Shown here one piece after another: positions 35,201 to 50,200 of a stretch of 64,000 nt of DNA. The notes beneath the pieces are model-generated. The model did no database searches. It was not told the origin of the DNA and saw only the letters and a program-made list of their open reading frames with translations. The position numbers and the translations under genes are program-made. The stretch comes from Auanema rhodensis (lineage: Eukaryota; Animalia; Nematoda), in NCBI GenBank assembly GCA_964057225.1, contig OZ059895.1:806001-870000 (forward strand), in the 5' to 3' direction. Position 1 is the first letter of the stretch. Each line of letters starts with the position of its first letter.

Positions 35201-38200
35201 CGATGGACAATGTTATTCAACAAAAAAATTAATTCTTTAGGGTGAAAATCGAGGATATAAGTGTGAACTTATATCAGTTGATATCTCGGTGCATTTTTAA
35301 GCTAGCGCAAATCTGATAACACAAATCGACGCAGCTTAAAAATCCGCATCGAATGCACTATACTACATTGAGAAACGCTTAATACAAAAATTAGTTATGA
35401 TCGTTTGAAAAATGATGCATTAGTGTATGTTGAGTTTCCATGTACACTCAACATTGCTTCCAAAAACATTTTGACAAAAATTTTTTCGAAACATTTCAAA
35501 ATAATTTAGCAAAAAGTAGATGTTTTTAGATTCCTTTTTTCAAGGCAAAGACGATGGACAATGTTATTCAACGAAAAAATTAATTCTTCAGGGTGAAAAT
35601 CGAGGATATAAGTGTGAACTTATATCAGTTGATATCTCGGTGCATTTTTAAGCTAGCGCAAATCTGATAACACAAATCGACGCAGCTTAAAAATCCGCAT
35701 CGAATGCACTATACTACATTGAGAAACGCTTAATAAAAAAAATTAGTTATGATCGTTTGAAAAATGATGCATTAGTGTATGTTGAGTTTCCATGTACACT
35801 CAACATTGCTTCCAAAAACATTTTGACAAAAATTTTTTCGAAAAATTTCAAAATAATTTAGCAAAAAGTAGATGTTTTTAGATTTCATTTTCCAAGGCAA
35901 AGACGATAGACAATGTTATTCAACGAAAAAATTAATTCTTCAGGGTGAAAATCGAGGATATAAGTGTGAACTTATATCAGTTGATATCTCGGTGCATTTT
36001 TAAGCTAGCGCAAATCTGATAACACAGATCGACGCAGCTTAAAAATCCGCATCGAATGCACTATACTACATTGAGAAACGCTTAATACAAAAATTAGTTA
36101 TGATCGTTTGAAAAATGATGCATTAGTGTATGTTGAGTTTCCATGTACACTCAACATTGCTTCCAAAAACATTTTGACAAAAATTTTTTCGAAACATTTC
36201 AAAATAATTTAGCAAAAAGTAGATGTTTTTAGATTCCTTTTTTCAAGGCAAAGACGATGGACAATGTTATTCAACGAAAAAATTAATTCTTCAGGGTGAA
36301 AATCGAGGATATAAGTGTGAACTTATATCAGTTGATATCTCGGTGCATTTTTAAGCTAGCGCAAATCTGATAACACAAATCGACGCAGCTTAAAAATCCG
36401 CATCGAATGCACTATACTACATTGAGAAACGCTTAATAAAAAAAATTAGTTATGATCGTTTGAAAAATGATGCATTAGTGTATGTTGAGTTTCCATGTAC
36501 ACTCAACATTGCTTCCAAAAACATTTTGACAAAAATTTTTTCGAAAAATTTCAAAATAATTTAGCAAAAAGTAGATGTTTTTAGATTTCATTTTCCAAGG
36601 CAAAGACGATAGACAATGTTATTCAACGAAAAAATTAATTCTTCAGGGTGAAAATCGAGGATATAAGTGTGAACTTATATCAGTTGATATCTCGGTGCAT
36701 TTTTAAGCTAGCGCAAATCTGATAACACAAATCGACGCAGCTTAAAAATCCGCATCGAATGCACTATACTACATTGAGAAACGCTTAATACAAAAATTTG
36801 TTATGATCGTTTGAAAAATGATGCATTAGTGTATGTTGAGTTTCCATGTACACTCAACATTGCTTCCAAAAACATTTTGACAAAAATTTTTTCGAAACAT
36901 TTCAAAATAATTTAGCAAAAAGTAGATGTTTTTAGATTCCTTTTTTCAAGGCAAAGACGATGGACAATGTTATTCAACGAAAAAATTAATTCTTCAGGGT
37001 GAAAATCGAGGATATAAGTGTGAACTTATATCAGTTGATATCTCGGTGCATTTTTAAGCTAGCGCAAATCTGATAACACAGATCGACGCAGCTTAAAAAT
37101 CCGCATCGAATGCACTATACTACATTGAGAAACGCTTAATACAAAAATTAGTTATGATCGTTTGAAAAATGATGCATTAGTGTATGTTGAGTTTCCATGT
37201 ACACTCAACATTGCTTCCAAAAACATTTTGACAAAAATTTTTTCGAAAAATTTCAAAATAATTTAGCAAAAAGTAGATGTTTTTAGATTTCATTTTTCAA
37301 GGCAAAGACGATAGACAATGTTATTCAACGAAAAAATTAATTCTTCAGGGTGAAAATCGAGGATATAAGTGTGAACTTATATCAGTTGATATCTCGGTGC
37401 ATTTTTAAGCTAGCGCAAATCTGATAACACAGATCGACGCAGCTTAAAAATCCGCATCGAATGCACTATACTACATTGAGAAACGCTTAATACAAAAATT
37501 TGTTATGATCGTTTGAAAAATGATGCATTAGTGTATGTTGAGTTTCCATGTACACTCAACATTGCTTCCAAAAACATTTTGACAAAAATTTTTTCGAAAC
37601 ATTTCAAAATAATTTAGCAAAAAGTAGATGTTTTTAGATTCCTTTTTTCAAGGCAAAGACGATGGACAATGTTATTCAACGAAAAAATTAATTCTTCAGG
37701 GTGAAAATCGAGGATATAAGTGTGAACTTATATCAGTTGATATCTCGGTGCATTTTTAAGCTAGCGCAAATCTGATAACACAAATCGACGCAGCTTAAAA
37801 ATCCGCATCGAATGCACTATACTACATTGAGAAACGCTTAATACAAAAATTAGTTATGATCGTTTGAAAAATGATGCATTAGTGTATGTTGAGTTTCCAT
37901 GTACACTCAACATTGCTTCCAAAAACATTTTGACAAAAATTTTTTCGAAAAATTTCAAAATAATTTAGCAAAAAGTAGATGTTTTTAGATTTCATTTTTC
38001 AAGGCAAAGACGATAGACAATGTTATTCAACGAAAAAATTAATTCTTCAGGGTGAAAATCGAGGATATAAGTGTGAACTTATATCAGTTGATATCTCGGT
38101 GCATTTTTAAGCTAGCGCAAATCTGATAACACAGATCGACGCAGCTTAAAAATCCGCATCGAATGCACTATACTACATTGAGAAATGCTTAATACAAAAA

Positions 38201-41200
38201 TTTGTTATGATCGTTTGAAAAATGATGCATTAGTGTATGTTGAGTTTCCATGTACACTCAACATTGCTTCCAAAAACATTTTGACAAAAATTTTTTCGAA
38301 ACATTTCAAAATAATTTAGCAAAAAGTAGATGTTTTTAGATTCCTTTTTTCAAGGCAAAGACGATGGACAATGTTATTCAACGAAAAAATTAATTCTTCA
38401 GGGTGAAAATCGAGGATATAAGTGTGAACTTATATCAGTTGATATCTCGGTGCATTTTTAAGCTAGCGCAAATCTGATAACACAGATCGACGCAGCTTAA
38501 AAATCCGCATCGAATGCACTATACTACATTGAGAAACGCTTAATACAAAAATTTGTTATGATCGTTTGAAAAATGATGCATTAGTGTATGTTGAGTTTCC
38601 ATATACACTCAACATTGCTTCCAAAAACATTTTGACAAAAATTTTTTCGAAACATTTCAAAATAATTTAGCAAAAAGTAGATGTTTTTAGATTCCTTTTT
38701 TCAAGGCAAAGACGATGGACAATGTTATTCAACGAAAAAATTAATTCTTCAGGGTGAAAATCGAGGATATAAGTGTGAACTTATATCAGTTGATATCTCG
38801 GTGCATTTTTAAGCAAGCGCAAATCTGATAACACAGATCGACGCAGCTTAAAAATCCGCATCGAATGCACTATACTACATTGAGAAACGCTTAATACAAA
38901 AATTAGTTATGATCGTTTGAAAAATGATGCATTAGTGTATGTTGAGTTTCCATGTACACTCAACATTGCTTCCAAAAACATTTTGACAAAAAGTTTTTCG
39001 AAAAATTTCAAAATAATTTAGCAAAAAGTAGATGTTTTTAGATTCCTTTTTTCAAGGCAAAGACGATGGACAATGTTATTCAACGAAAAAATTAATTCTT
39101 CAGGGTGAAAATCGAGGATATAAGTGTGAACTTATATCAGTTGATATCTCGGTGCATTTTTAAGCTAGCGCAAATCTGATAACACAAATCGACGCAGCTT
39201 AAAAATCCGCATCGAATGCACTATACTACATTGAGAAACGCTTAATACAAAAATTAGTTATGATCGTTTGAAAAATGATGCATTAGTGTATGTTGAGTTT
39301 CCATGTACACTCAACATTGCTTCCAAAAACATTTTGACAAAAATTTTTTCGAAAAATTTCAAAATAATTTAGCAAAAAGTAGATGTTTTTAGATTTCATT
39401 TTTCAAGGCAAAGACGATAGACAATGTTATTCAACGAAAAAATTAATTCTTCAGGGTGAAAATCGAGGATATAAGTGTGAACTTATATCAGTTGATATCT
39501 CGGTGCATTTTTAAGCTAGCGCAAATCTGATAACACAGATCGACGCAGCTTAAAAATCCGCATCGAATGCACTATACTACATTGAGAAATGCTTAATACA
39601 AAAATTTGTTATGATCGTTTGAAAAATGATGCATTAGTGTATGTTGAGTTTCCATGTACACTCAACATTGCTTCCAAAAACATTTTGACAAAAATTTTTT
39701 CGAAACATTTCAAAATAATTTAGCAAAAAGTAGATGTTTTTAGATTCCTTTTTTCAAGGCAAAGACGATGGACAATGTTATTCAACGAAAAAATTAATTC
39801 TTCAGGGTGAAAATCGAGGATATAAGTGTGAACTTATATCAGTTGATATCTCGGTGCATTTTTAAGCTAGCGCAAATCTGATAACACAGATCGACGCAGC
39901 TTAAAAATCCGCATCGAATGCACTATACTACATTGAGAAACGCTTAATACAAAAATTTGTTATGATCGTTTGAAAAATGATGCATTAGTGTATGTTGAGT
40001 TTCCATGTACACTCAACATTGCTTCCAAAAACATTTTGACAAAAATTTTTTCGAAACATTTCAAAATAATTTAGCAAAAAGTAGATGTTTTTAGATTCCT
40101 TTTTTCAAGGCAAAGACGATGGACAATGTTATTCAACGAAAAAATTAATTCTTCAGGGTGAAAATCGAGGATATAAGTGTGAACTTATATCAGTTGATAT
40201 CTCGGTGCATTTTTAAGCAAGCGCAAATCTGATAACACAGATCGACGCAGCTTAAAAATCCGCATCGAATGCACTATACTACATTGAGAAACGCTTAATA
40301 CAAAAATTAGTTATGATCGTTTGAAAAATGATGCATTAGTGTATGTTGAGTTTCCATGTACACTCAACATTGCTTCCAAAAACATTTTGACAAAAAGTTT
40401 TTCGAAAAATTTCAAAATAATTTAGCAAAAAGTAGATGTTTTTAGATTTCTTTTTTCAAGGCAAAGACGATGGACAATGTTATTCAACGAAAAAATTAAT
40501 TCTTCAGGGTGAAAATTGAGGATATAAGTGTGAACTTATATCAGTTGATATCTCGGTGCATTTTTAAGCTAGCGCAAATCTGATAACACAAATCGACGCA
40601 GCTTAAAAATCCGCATCGAATGCACTATACTACATTGAGAAACGCTTAATACAAAAATTAGTTATGATCGTTTGAAAAATGATGCATTAGTGTATGTTGA
40701 GTTTCCATGTACACTCAACATTGCTTCCAAAAACATTTTGACAAAAATTTTTTCGAAAAATTTCAAAATAATTTAGCAAAAAGTAGATGTTTTTAGATTT
40801 CATTTTTCAAGGCAAAGACGATAGACAATGTTATTCAACGAAAAAATTAATTCTTCAGGGTGAAAATCGAGGATATAAGTGTGAACTTATATCAGTTGAT
40901 ATCTCGGTGCATTTTTAAGCTAGCGCAAATCTGATAACACAGATCGACGCAGCTTAAAAATCCGCATCAAATGCACTATACTACATTGAGAAACGCTTAA
41001 TACAAAAATTTGTTATGATCGTTTGAAAAATGATGCATTAGTGTATGTTGAGTTTCCATGTACACTCAACATTGCTTCCAAAAACATTTTGACAAAAATT
41101 TTTTCGAAACATTTCAAAATAATTTAGCAAAAAGTAGATGTTTTTAGATTCCTTTTTTCAAGGCAAAGACGATGGACAATGTTATTCAACGAAAAAATTA

Positions 41201-44200
41201 ATTCTTCAGGGTGAAAATCGAGGATATAAGTGTGAACTTATATCAGTTGATATCTCGGTGCATTTTTAAGCTAGCGCAAATCTGATAACACAGATCGACG
41301 CAGCTTAAAAATCCGCATCGAATGCACTATACTACATTGAGAAACGCTTAATACAAAAATTAGTTATGATCGTTTGAAAAATGATGCATTAGTGTATGTT
41401 GAGTTTCCATGTACACTCAACATTGCTTCCAAAAATATTTTGACAAAAAGTTTTTCGAAAAATTTCAAAATAATTAAGCAAAAAGTAGATGTTTTTAGAT
41501 TTCTTTTTTCAAGGCAAAGACGATGGACAATGTTATTCAACGAAAAAATTAATTCTTCAGGGTGAAAATCGAGGATATAAGTGTGAACTTATATCAGTTG
41601 ATATCTCGGTGCATTTTCAAGCTAGCGCAAATCTGATAACACAGATCGACGCAGCTTAAAAATTCGCATCGAGTGCACTATACTACATTGAGAAACGCTT
41701 AATACAAAAATTAGTTATGATCGTTTGAAAAATGATGCATTAGTGTATGTTGAGTTTCCATGTACACTCAACATTGCTTCCAAAAACATTTTGACAAAAA
41801 TTTTTTCGAAAAATTTCAAAATAATTTAGCAAAAAGTAGATGTTTTTAGATTCCATTTTTCAAAGCAAAGACGATGGACAATGTTATTCAACGAAAAAAT
41901 TAATTCTTCAGGGTGAAAATCGAGGATATAAGTGTGAACTTATATCAGTTGATATCTCGGGGCACTTTTAAGCTAGCGCAAATCTGATAACACAAATCGA
42001 CGCAGCTTAAAAATCCGCATCGAATGCACTATACTACATTGAGAAACGCTTAATACAAAAATTAGTTATGATCGTTTGAAAAATGATGCATTAGTGTATG
42101 TTGAGTTTCCATGTACACTCAACATTGCTTCCAAAAACATTTTGACAAAAATTTTTTCGAAACATTTCAAAATAATTTAGCAAAAAGTAGATGTTTTTAG
42201 ATTCCTTTTTTTGAGGCAAAGACGATGGACAATGTTATTCAACGAAAAAATTAATTCTTCAGGGTGAAAATTGAGGATATAAGTGTGAACTTATATCAGT
42301 TGATATCTCGGTGCATTTTTAAGCTAGCGCAAATCTGATAACACAAATCGACGCAGCTTAAATATCCGCATCGAATGCACTATACTACATTGAGAAACGC
42401 TTAATACAAAAATTAGTTATGATCGTTTGAAAAATGATGCATTAGTGTATGTTGAGTTTCCATGTACACTCAACATTGCTTCCAAAAACATTTTGACAAA
42501 AATTTTTTCGAAAAATTTCAAAATAATTTAGCAAAAAGTAGATGTTTTTAGATTCCATTTTTCAAGGCAAAGACAATGGACAATGTTATTCAACGAAAAA
42601 AATGATTCTTCAGGGTGAAAATCGAGGATATAAGTGTGAACTTATATCAGTTGATATCTCGGTGCATTTTTAAGCTAGCGCAAATATGATAACACAGATC
42701 GACGCAGCTTAAAAATCCGCATCGAATGCACTATACTACATTGAGAAACGCTTAATACAAAAATTTGTTATGATCGTTTGAAAAATGATGCATTAGTGTA
42801 TGTTGAGTTTCCATGTACACTCAACATTGCTTCCAAAAACATTTTGACAAAAATTTTTTCGAAACATTTCAAAATAATTTAGCAAAAAGTAGATGTTTTT
42901 AGATTCCTTTTTTCAAGGCAAAGACGATGGACAATGTTATTCAACGAAAAAATTAATTCTTCAGGGTGAAAATCGAGGATATAAGTGTGAACTTATATCA
43001 GTTGATATCTCGGTGCATTTTTAAGCTAGCGCAAATCTGATAACACAAATCGACGCAGCTTAAAAATCCGCATCGAATGCACTATACTACATTGAGAAAC
43101 GCTTAATACAAAAATTAGTTATGATCGTTTGAAAAATGATGCATTAGTGTATGTTGAGTTTCCATGTACACTCAACATTGCTTCCAAAAACATTTTGACA
43201 AAAATTTTTTCGAAACATTTCAAAATAATTTAGCAAAAAGTAGATGTTTTTAGATTCCTTTTTTCAAGGCAAAGACGATGGACAATGTTATTCAACGAAA
43301 AAATTAATTCTTCAGGGTGAAAATCGAGGATATAAGTGTGAACTTATATCAGTTGATATCTCGGTGCATTTTTAAGCTAGCGCAAATCTGATAACACAAA
43401 TCGACGCAGCTTAAAAATCCGCATCGAATGCACTATACTACATTGAGAAACGCTTAATATAAAAATTGGTTATGATCGTTTGAAAAATGATGCATTAGTG
43501 TATGTTGAGTTTCCATGTACACTCAACATTGCTTCCAAAAACATTTTGACAAAAATTTTTTCGAAAAATTTCAAAATAATTTAGCAAAAAGTAGATGTTT
43601 TTAGATTTCATTTTTCAAGGCAAAGACGATAGACAATGTTATTCAACGAAAAAATTAATTCTTCAGGGTGAAAATCGAGGATATAAGTGTGAACTTATAT
43701 CAGTTGATATCTCGGTGCATTTTTAAGCTAGCGCAAATCTGATAACACAGATCGACGCAGCTTAAAAATCCGCATCGAATGCACTATACTACATTGAGAA
43801 ACGCTTAATACAAAAATTTGTTGTGATCGTTTGAAAAATGATGCATTAGTGTATGTTGAGTTTCCATGTACACTCAACATTGCTTCCAAAAACATTTTGA
43901 CAAAAATTTTTTCGAAACATTTCAAAATAATTTAGCAAAAAGTAGATGTTTTTAGATTCCTTTTTTCAAGGCAAAGACGATGGACAATGTTATTCAACGA
44001 AAAAATTAATTCTTTAGGGTGAAAATCGAGGATATAAGTGTGAACTTATATCAGTTGATATCTCGGTGCATTTTTAAGCTAGCGCAAATCTGATAACACA
44101 AATCGACGCAGCTTAAAAATCCGCATCGAATGCACTATACTACATTGAGAAACGCTTAATACAAAAATTAGTTATGATCGTTTGAAAAATGATGCATTAG

Positions 44201-47200
44201 TGTATGTTGAGTTTCCATGTACACTCAACATTGCTTCCAAAAACATTTTGACAAAAATTTTTTCGAAACATTTCAAAATAATTTAGCAAAAAGTAGATGT
44301 TTTTAGATTCCTTTTTTCAAGGCAAAGACGATGGACAATGTTATTCAACGAAAAAATTAATTCTTCAGGGTGAAAATCGAGGATATAAGTGTGAACTTAT
44401 ATCAGTTGATATCTCGGTGCATTTTTAAGCTAGCGCAAATCTGATAACACAAATCGACGCAGCTTAAAAATCCGCATCGAATGCACTATACTACATTGAG
44501 AAACGCTTAATAAAAAAAATTAGTTATGATCGTTTGAAAAATGATGCATTAGTGTATGTTGAGTTTCCATGTACACTCAACATTGCTTCCAAAAACATTT
44601 TGACAAAAATTTTTTCGAAAAATTTCAAAATAATTTAGCAAAAAGTAGATGTTTTTAGATTTCATTTTTCAAGGCAAAGACGATAGACAATGTTATTCAA
44701 CGAAAAAATTAATTCTTCAGGGTGAAAATCGAGGATATAAGTGTGAACTTATATCAGTTGATATCTCGGTGCATTTTTAAGCTAGCGCAAATCTGATAAC
44801 ACAAATCGACGCAGCTTAAAAATCCGCATCGAATGCACTATACTACATTGAGAAACGCTTAATACAAAAATTTGTTATGATCGTTTGAAAAATGATGCAT
44901 TAGTGTATGTTGAGTTTCCATGTACACTCAACATTGCTTCCAAAAACATTTTGACAAAAATTTTTTCGAAACATTTCAAAATAATTTAGCAAAAAGTAGA
45001 TGTTTTTAGATTCCTTTTTTCAAGGCAAAGACGATGGACAATGTTATTCAACGAAAAAATTAATTCTTCAGGGTGAAAATCGAGGATATAAGTGTGAACT
45101 TATATCAGTTGATATCTCGGTGCATTTTTAAGCTAGCGCAAATCTGATAACACAGATCGACGCAGCTTAAAAATCCGCATCGAATGCACTATACTACATT
45201 GAGAAACGCTTAATACAAAAATTAGTTATGATCGTTTGAAAAATGATGCATTAGTGTATGTTGAGTTTCCATGTACACTCAACATTGCTTCCAAAAACAT
45301 TTTGACAAAAATTTTTTCGAAAAATTTCAAAATAATTTAGCAAAAAGTAGATGTTTTTAGATTTCATTTTTCAAGGCAAAGACGATAGACAATGTTATTC
45401 AACGAAAAAATTAATTCTTCAGGGTGAAAATCGAGGATATAAGTGTGAACTTATATCAGTTGATATCTCGGTGCATTTTTAAGCTAGCGCAAATCTGATA
45501 ACACAGATCGACGCAGCTTAAAAATCCGCATCGAATGCACTATACTACATTGAGAAACGCTTAATACAAAAATTTGTTATGATCGTTTGAAAAATGATGC
45601 ATTAGTGTATGTTGAGTTTCCATGTACACTCAACATTGCTTCCAAAAACATTTTGACAAAAATTTTTTCGAAACATTTCAAAATAATTTAGCAAAAAGTA
45701 GATGTTTTTAGATTCCTTTTTTCAAGGCAAAGACGATGGACAATGTTATTCAACGAAAAAATTAATTCTTCAGGGTGAAAATCGAGGATATAAGTGTGAA
45801 CTTATATCAGTTGATATCTCGGTGCATTTTTAAGCTAGCGCAAATCTGATAACACAAATCGACGCAGCTTAAAAATCCGCATCGAATGCACTATACTACA
45901 TTGAGAAACGCTTAATACAAAAATTAGTTATGATCGTTTGAAAAATGATGCATTAGTGTATGTTGAGTTTCCATGTACACTCAACATTGCTTCCAAAAAC
46001 ATTTTGACAAAAATTTTTTCGAAAAATTTCAAAATAATTTAGCAAAAAGTAGATGTTTTTAGATTTCATTTTTCAAGGCAAAGACGATAGACAATGTTAT
46101 TCAACGAAAAAATTAATTCTTCAGGGTGAAAATCGAGGATATAAGTGTGAACTTATATCAGTTGATATCTCGGTGCATTTTTAAGCTAGCGCAAATCTGA
46201 TAACACAGATCGACGCAGCTTAAAAATCCGCATCGAATGCACTATACTACATTGAGAAATGCTTAATACAAAAATTTGTTATGATCGTTTGAAAAATGAT
46301 GCATTAGTGTATGTTGAGTTTCCATGTACACTCAACATTGCTTCCAAAAACATTTTGACAAAAATTTTTTCGAAACATTTCAAAATAATTTAGCAAAAAG
46401 TAGATGTTTTTAGATTCCTTTTTTCAAGGCAAAGACGATGGACAATGTTATTCAACGAAAAAATTAATTCTTCAGGGTGAAAATCGAGGATATAAGTGTG
46501 AACTTATATCAGTTGATATCTCGGTGCATTTTTAAGCTAGCGCAAATCTGATAACACAGATCGACGCAGCTTAAAAATCCGCATCGAATGCACTATACTA
46601 CATTGAGAAACGCTTAATACAAAAATTTGTTATGATCGTTTGAAAAATGATGCATTAGTGTATGTTGAGTTTCCATGTACACTCAACATTGCTTCCAAAA
46701 ACATTTTGACAAAAATTTTTTCGAAACATTTCAAAATAATTTAGCAAAAAGTAGATGTTTTTAGATTCCTTTTTTCAAGGCAAAGACGATGGACAATGTT
46801 ATTCAACGAAAAAATTAATTCTTCAGGGTGAAAATCGAGGATATAAGTGTGAACTTATATCAGTTGATATCTCGGTGCATTTTTAAGCAAGCGCAAATCT
46901 GATAACACAGATCGACGCAGCTTAAAAATCCGCATCGAATGCACTATACTACATTGAGAAACGCTTAATACAAAAATTAGTTATGATCGTTTGAAAAATG
47001 ATGCATTAGTGTATGTTGAGTTTCCATGTACACTCAACATTGCTTCCAAAAACATTTTGACAAAAATTTTTTCGAAAAATTTCAAAATAATTTAGCAAAA
47101 AGTAGATGTTTTTAGATTTCATTTTTCAAGGCAAAGACGATAGACAATGTTATTCAACGAAAAAATTAATTCTTCAGGGTGAAAATCGAGGATATAAGTG

Positions 47201-50200
47201 TGAACTTATATCAGTTGATATCTCGGTGCATTTTTAAGCTAGCGCAAATCTGATAACACAGATCGACGCAGCTTAAAAATCCGCATCGAATGCACTATAC
47301 TACATTGAGAAATGCTTAATACAAAAATTTGTTATGATCGTTTGAAAAATGATGCATTAGTGTATGTTGAGTTTCCATGTACACTCAACATTGCTTCCAA
47401 AAACATTTTGACAAAAATTTTTTCGAAACATTTCAAAATAATTTAGCAAAAAGTAGATGTTTTTAGATTCCTTTTTTCAAGGCAAAGACGATGGACAATG
47501 TTATTCAACGAAAAAATTAATTCTTCAGGGTGAAAATCGAGGATATAAGTGTGAACTTATATCAGTTGATATCTCGGTGCATTTTTAAGCTAGCGCAAAT
47601 CTGATAACACAGATCGACGCAGCTTAAAAATCCGCATCGAATGCACTATACTACATTGAGAAACGCTTAATACAAAAATTTGTTATGATCGTTTGAAAAA
47701 TGATGCATTAGTGTATGTTGAGTTTCCATGTACACTCAACATTGCTTCCAAAAACATTTTGACAAAAATTTTTTCGAAACATTTCAAAATAATTTAGCAA
47801 AAAGTAGATGTTTTTAGATTCCTTTTTTCAAGGCAAAGACGATGGACAATGTTATTCAACGAAAAAATTAATTCTTCAGGGTGAAAATCGAGGATATAAG
47901 TGTGAACTTATATCAGTTGATATCTCGGTGCATTTTTAAGCAAGCGCAAATCTGATAACACAGATCGACGCAGCTTAAAAATCCGCATCGAATGCACTAT
48001 ACTACATTGAGAAACGCTTAATACAAAAATTAGTTATGATCGTTTGAAAAATGATGCATTAGTGTATGTTGAGTTTCCATGTACACTCAACATTGCTTCC
48101 AAAAACATTTTGACAAAAAGTTTTTCGAAAAATTTCAAAATAATTAAGCAAAAAGTAGATGTTTTTAGATTTCTTTTTTCAAGGCAAAGACGATGGACAA
48201 TGTTATTCAACGAAAAAATTAATTCTTCAGGGTGAAAATCGAGGATATAAGTGTGAACTTATATCAGTTGATATCTCGGTGCATTTTCAAGCTAGCGCAA
48301 ATCTGATAACACAGATCGACGCAGCTTAAAAATTCGCATCGAGTGCACTATACTACATTGAGAAACGCTTAATACAAAAATTAGTTATGATCGTTTGAAA
48401 AATGATGCATTAGTGTATGTTGAGTTTCCATGTACACTCAACATTGCTTCCAAAAACATTTTGACAAAAATTTTTTCGAAAAATTTCAAAATAATTTAGC
48501 AAAAAGTAGATGTTTTTAGATTCCATTTTTCAAAGCAAAGACGATGGACAATGTTATTCAACGAAAAAATTAATTCTTCAGGGTGAAAATCGAGGATATA
48601 AGTGTGAACTTATATCAGTTGATATCTCGGGGCACTTTTAAGCTAGCGCAAATCTGATAACACAAATCGACGCAGCTTAAAAATCCGCATCGAATGCACT
48701 ATACTACATTGAGAAACGCTTAATACAAAAATTAGTTATGATCGTTTGAAAAATGATGCATTAGTGTATGTTGAGTTTCCATGTACACTCAACATTGCTT
48801 CCAAAAACATTTTGACAAAAATTTTTTCGAAACATTTCAAAATAATTTAGCAAAAAGTAGATGTTTTTAGATTCCTTTTTTTGAGGCAAAGACGATGGAC
48901 AATGTTATTCAACGAAAAAATTAATTCTTCAGGGTGAAAATTGAGGATATAAGTGTGAACTTATATCAGTTGATATCTCGGTGCATTTTTAAGCTAGCGC
49001 AAATCTGATAACACAAATCGACGCAGCTTAAATATCCGCATCGAATGCACTATACTACATTGAGAAACGCTTAATACAAAAATTAGTTATGATCGTTTGA
49101 AAAATGATGCATTAGTGTATGTTGAGTTTCCATGTACACTCAACATTGCTTCCAAAAACATTTTGACAAAAATTTTTTCGAAAAATTTCAAAATAATTTA
49201 GCAAAAAGTAGATGTTTTTAGATTCCATTTTTCAAGGCAAAGACAATGGACAATGTTATTCAACGAAAAAAATGATTCTTCAGGGTGAAAATCGAGGATA
49301 TAAGTGTGAACTTATATCAGTTGATATCTCGGTGCATTTTTAAGCTAGCGCAAATATGATAACACAGATCGACGCAGCTTAAAAATCCGCATCGAATGCA
49401 CTATACTACATTGAGAAACGCTTAATACAAAAATTTGTTATGATCGTTTGAAAAATGATGCATTAGTGTATGTTGAGTTTCCATGTACACTCAACATTGC
49501 TTCCAAAAACATTTTGACAAAAATTTTTTCGAAACATTTCAAAATAATTTAGCAAAAAGTAGATGTTTTTAGATTCCTTTTTTCAAGGCAAAGACGATGG
49601 ACAATGTTATTCAACGAAAAAATTAATTCTTCAGGGTGAAAATCGAGGATATAAGTGTGAACTTATATCAGTTGATATCTCGGTGCATTTTTAAGCTAGC
49701 GCAAATCTGATAACACAAATCGACGCAGCTTAAAAATCCGCATCGAATGCACTATACTACATTGAGAAACGCTTAATACAAAAATTAGTTATGATCGTTT
49801 GAAAAATGATGCATTAGTGTATGTTGAGTTTCCATGTACACTCAACATTGCTTCCAAAAACATTTTGACAAAAAGTTTTTCGAAAAATTTCAAAATAATT
49901 TAGCAAAAAGTAGATGTTTTTAGATTTCTTTTTTCAAGGCAAAGACGATGGACAATGTTATTCAACGAAAAAATTAATTCTTCAGGGTGAAAATCGAGGA
50001 TATAAGTGTGAACTTATATCAGTTGATATCTCGGTGCATTTTCAAGCTAGCGCAAATCTGATAACACAGATCGACGCAGCTTAAAAATTCGCATCGAGTG
50101 CACTATACTACATTGAGAAACGCTTAATACAAAAATTAGTTATGATCGTTTGAAAAATGATGCATTAGTGTATGTTGAGTTTCCATGTACACTCAACATT

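Noticed and set aside
31791-43925. 65-aa - strand ORFs (MKCFEK...)
   Set aside because: Created by a single TTATGAT>TTGTGAT variant in three duplicated monomers; incidental.
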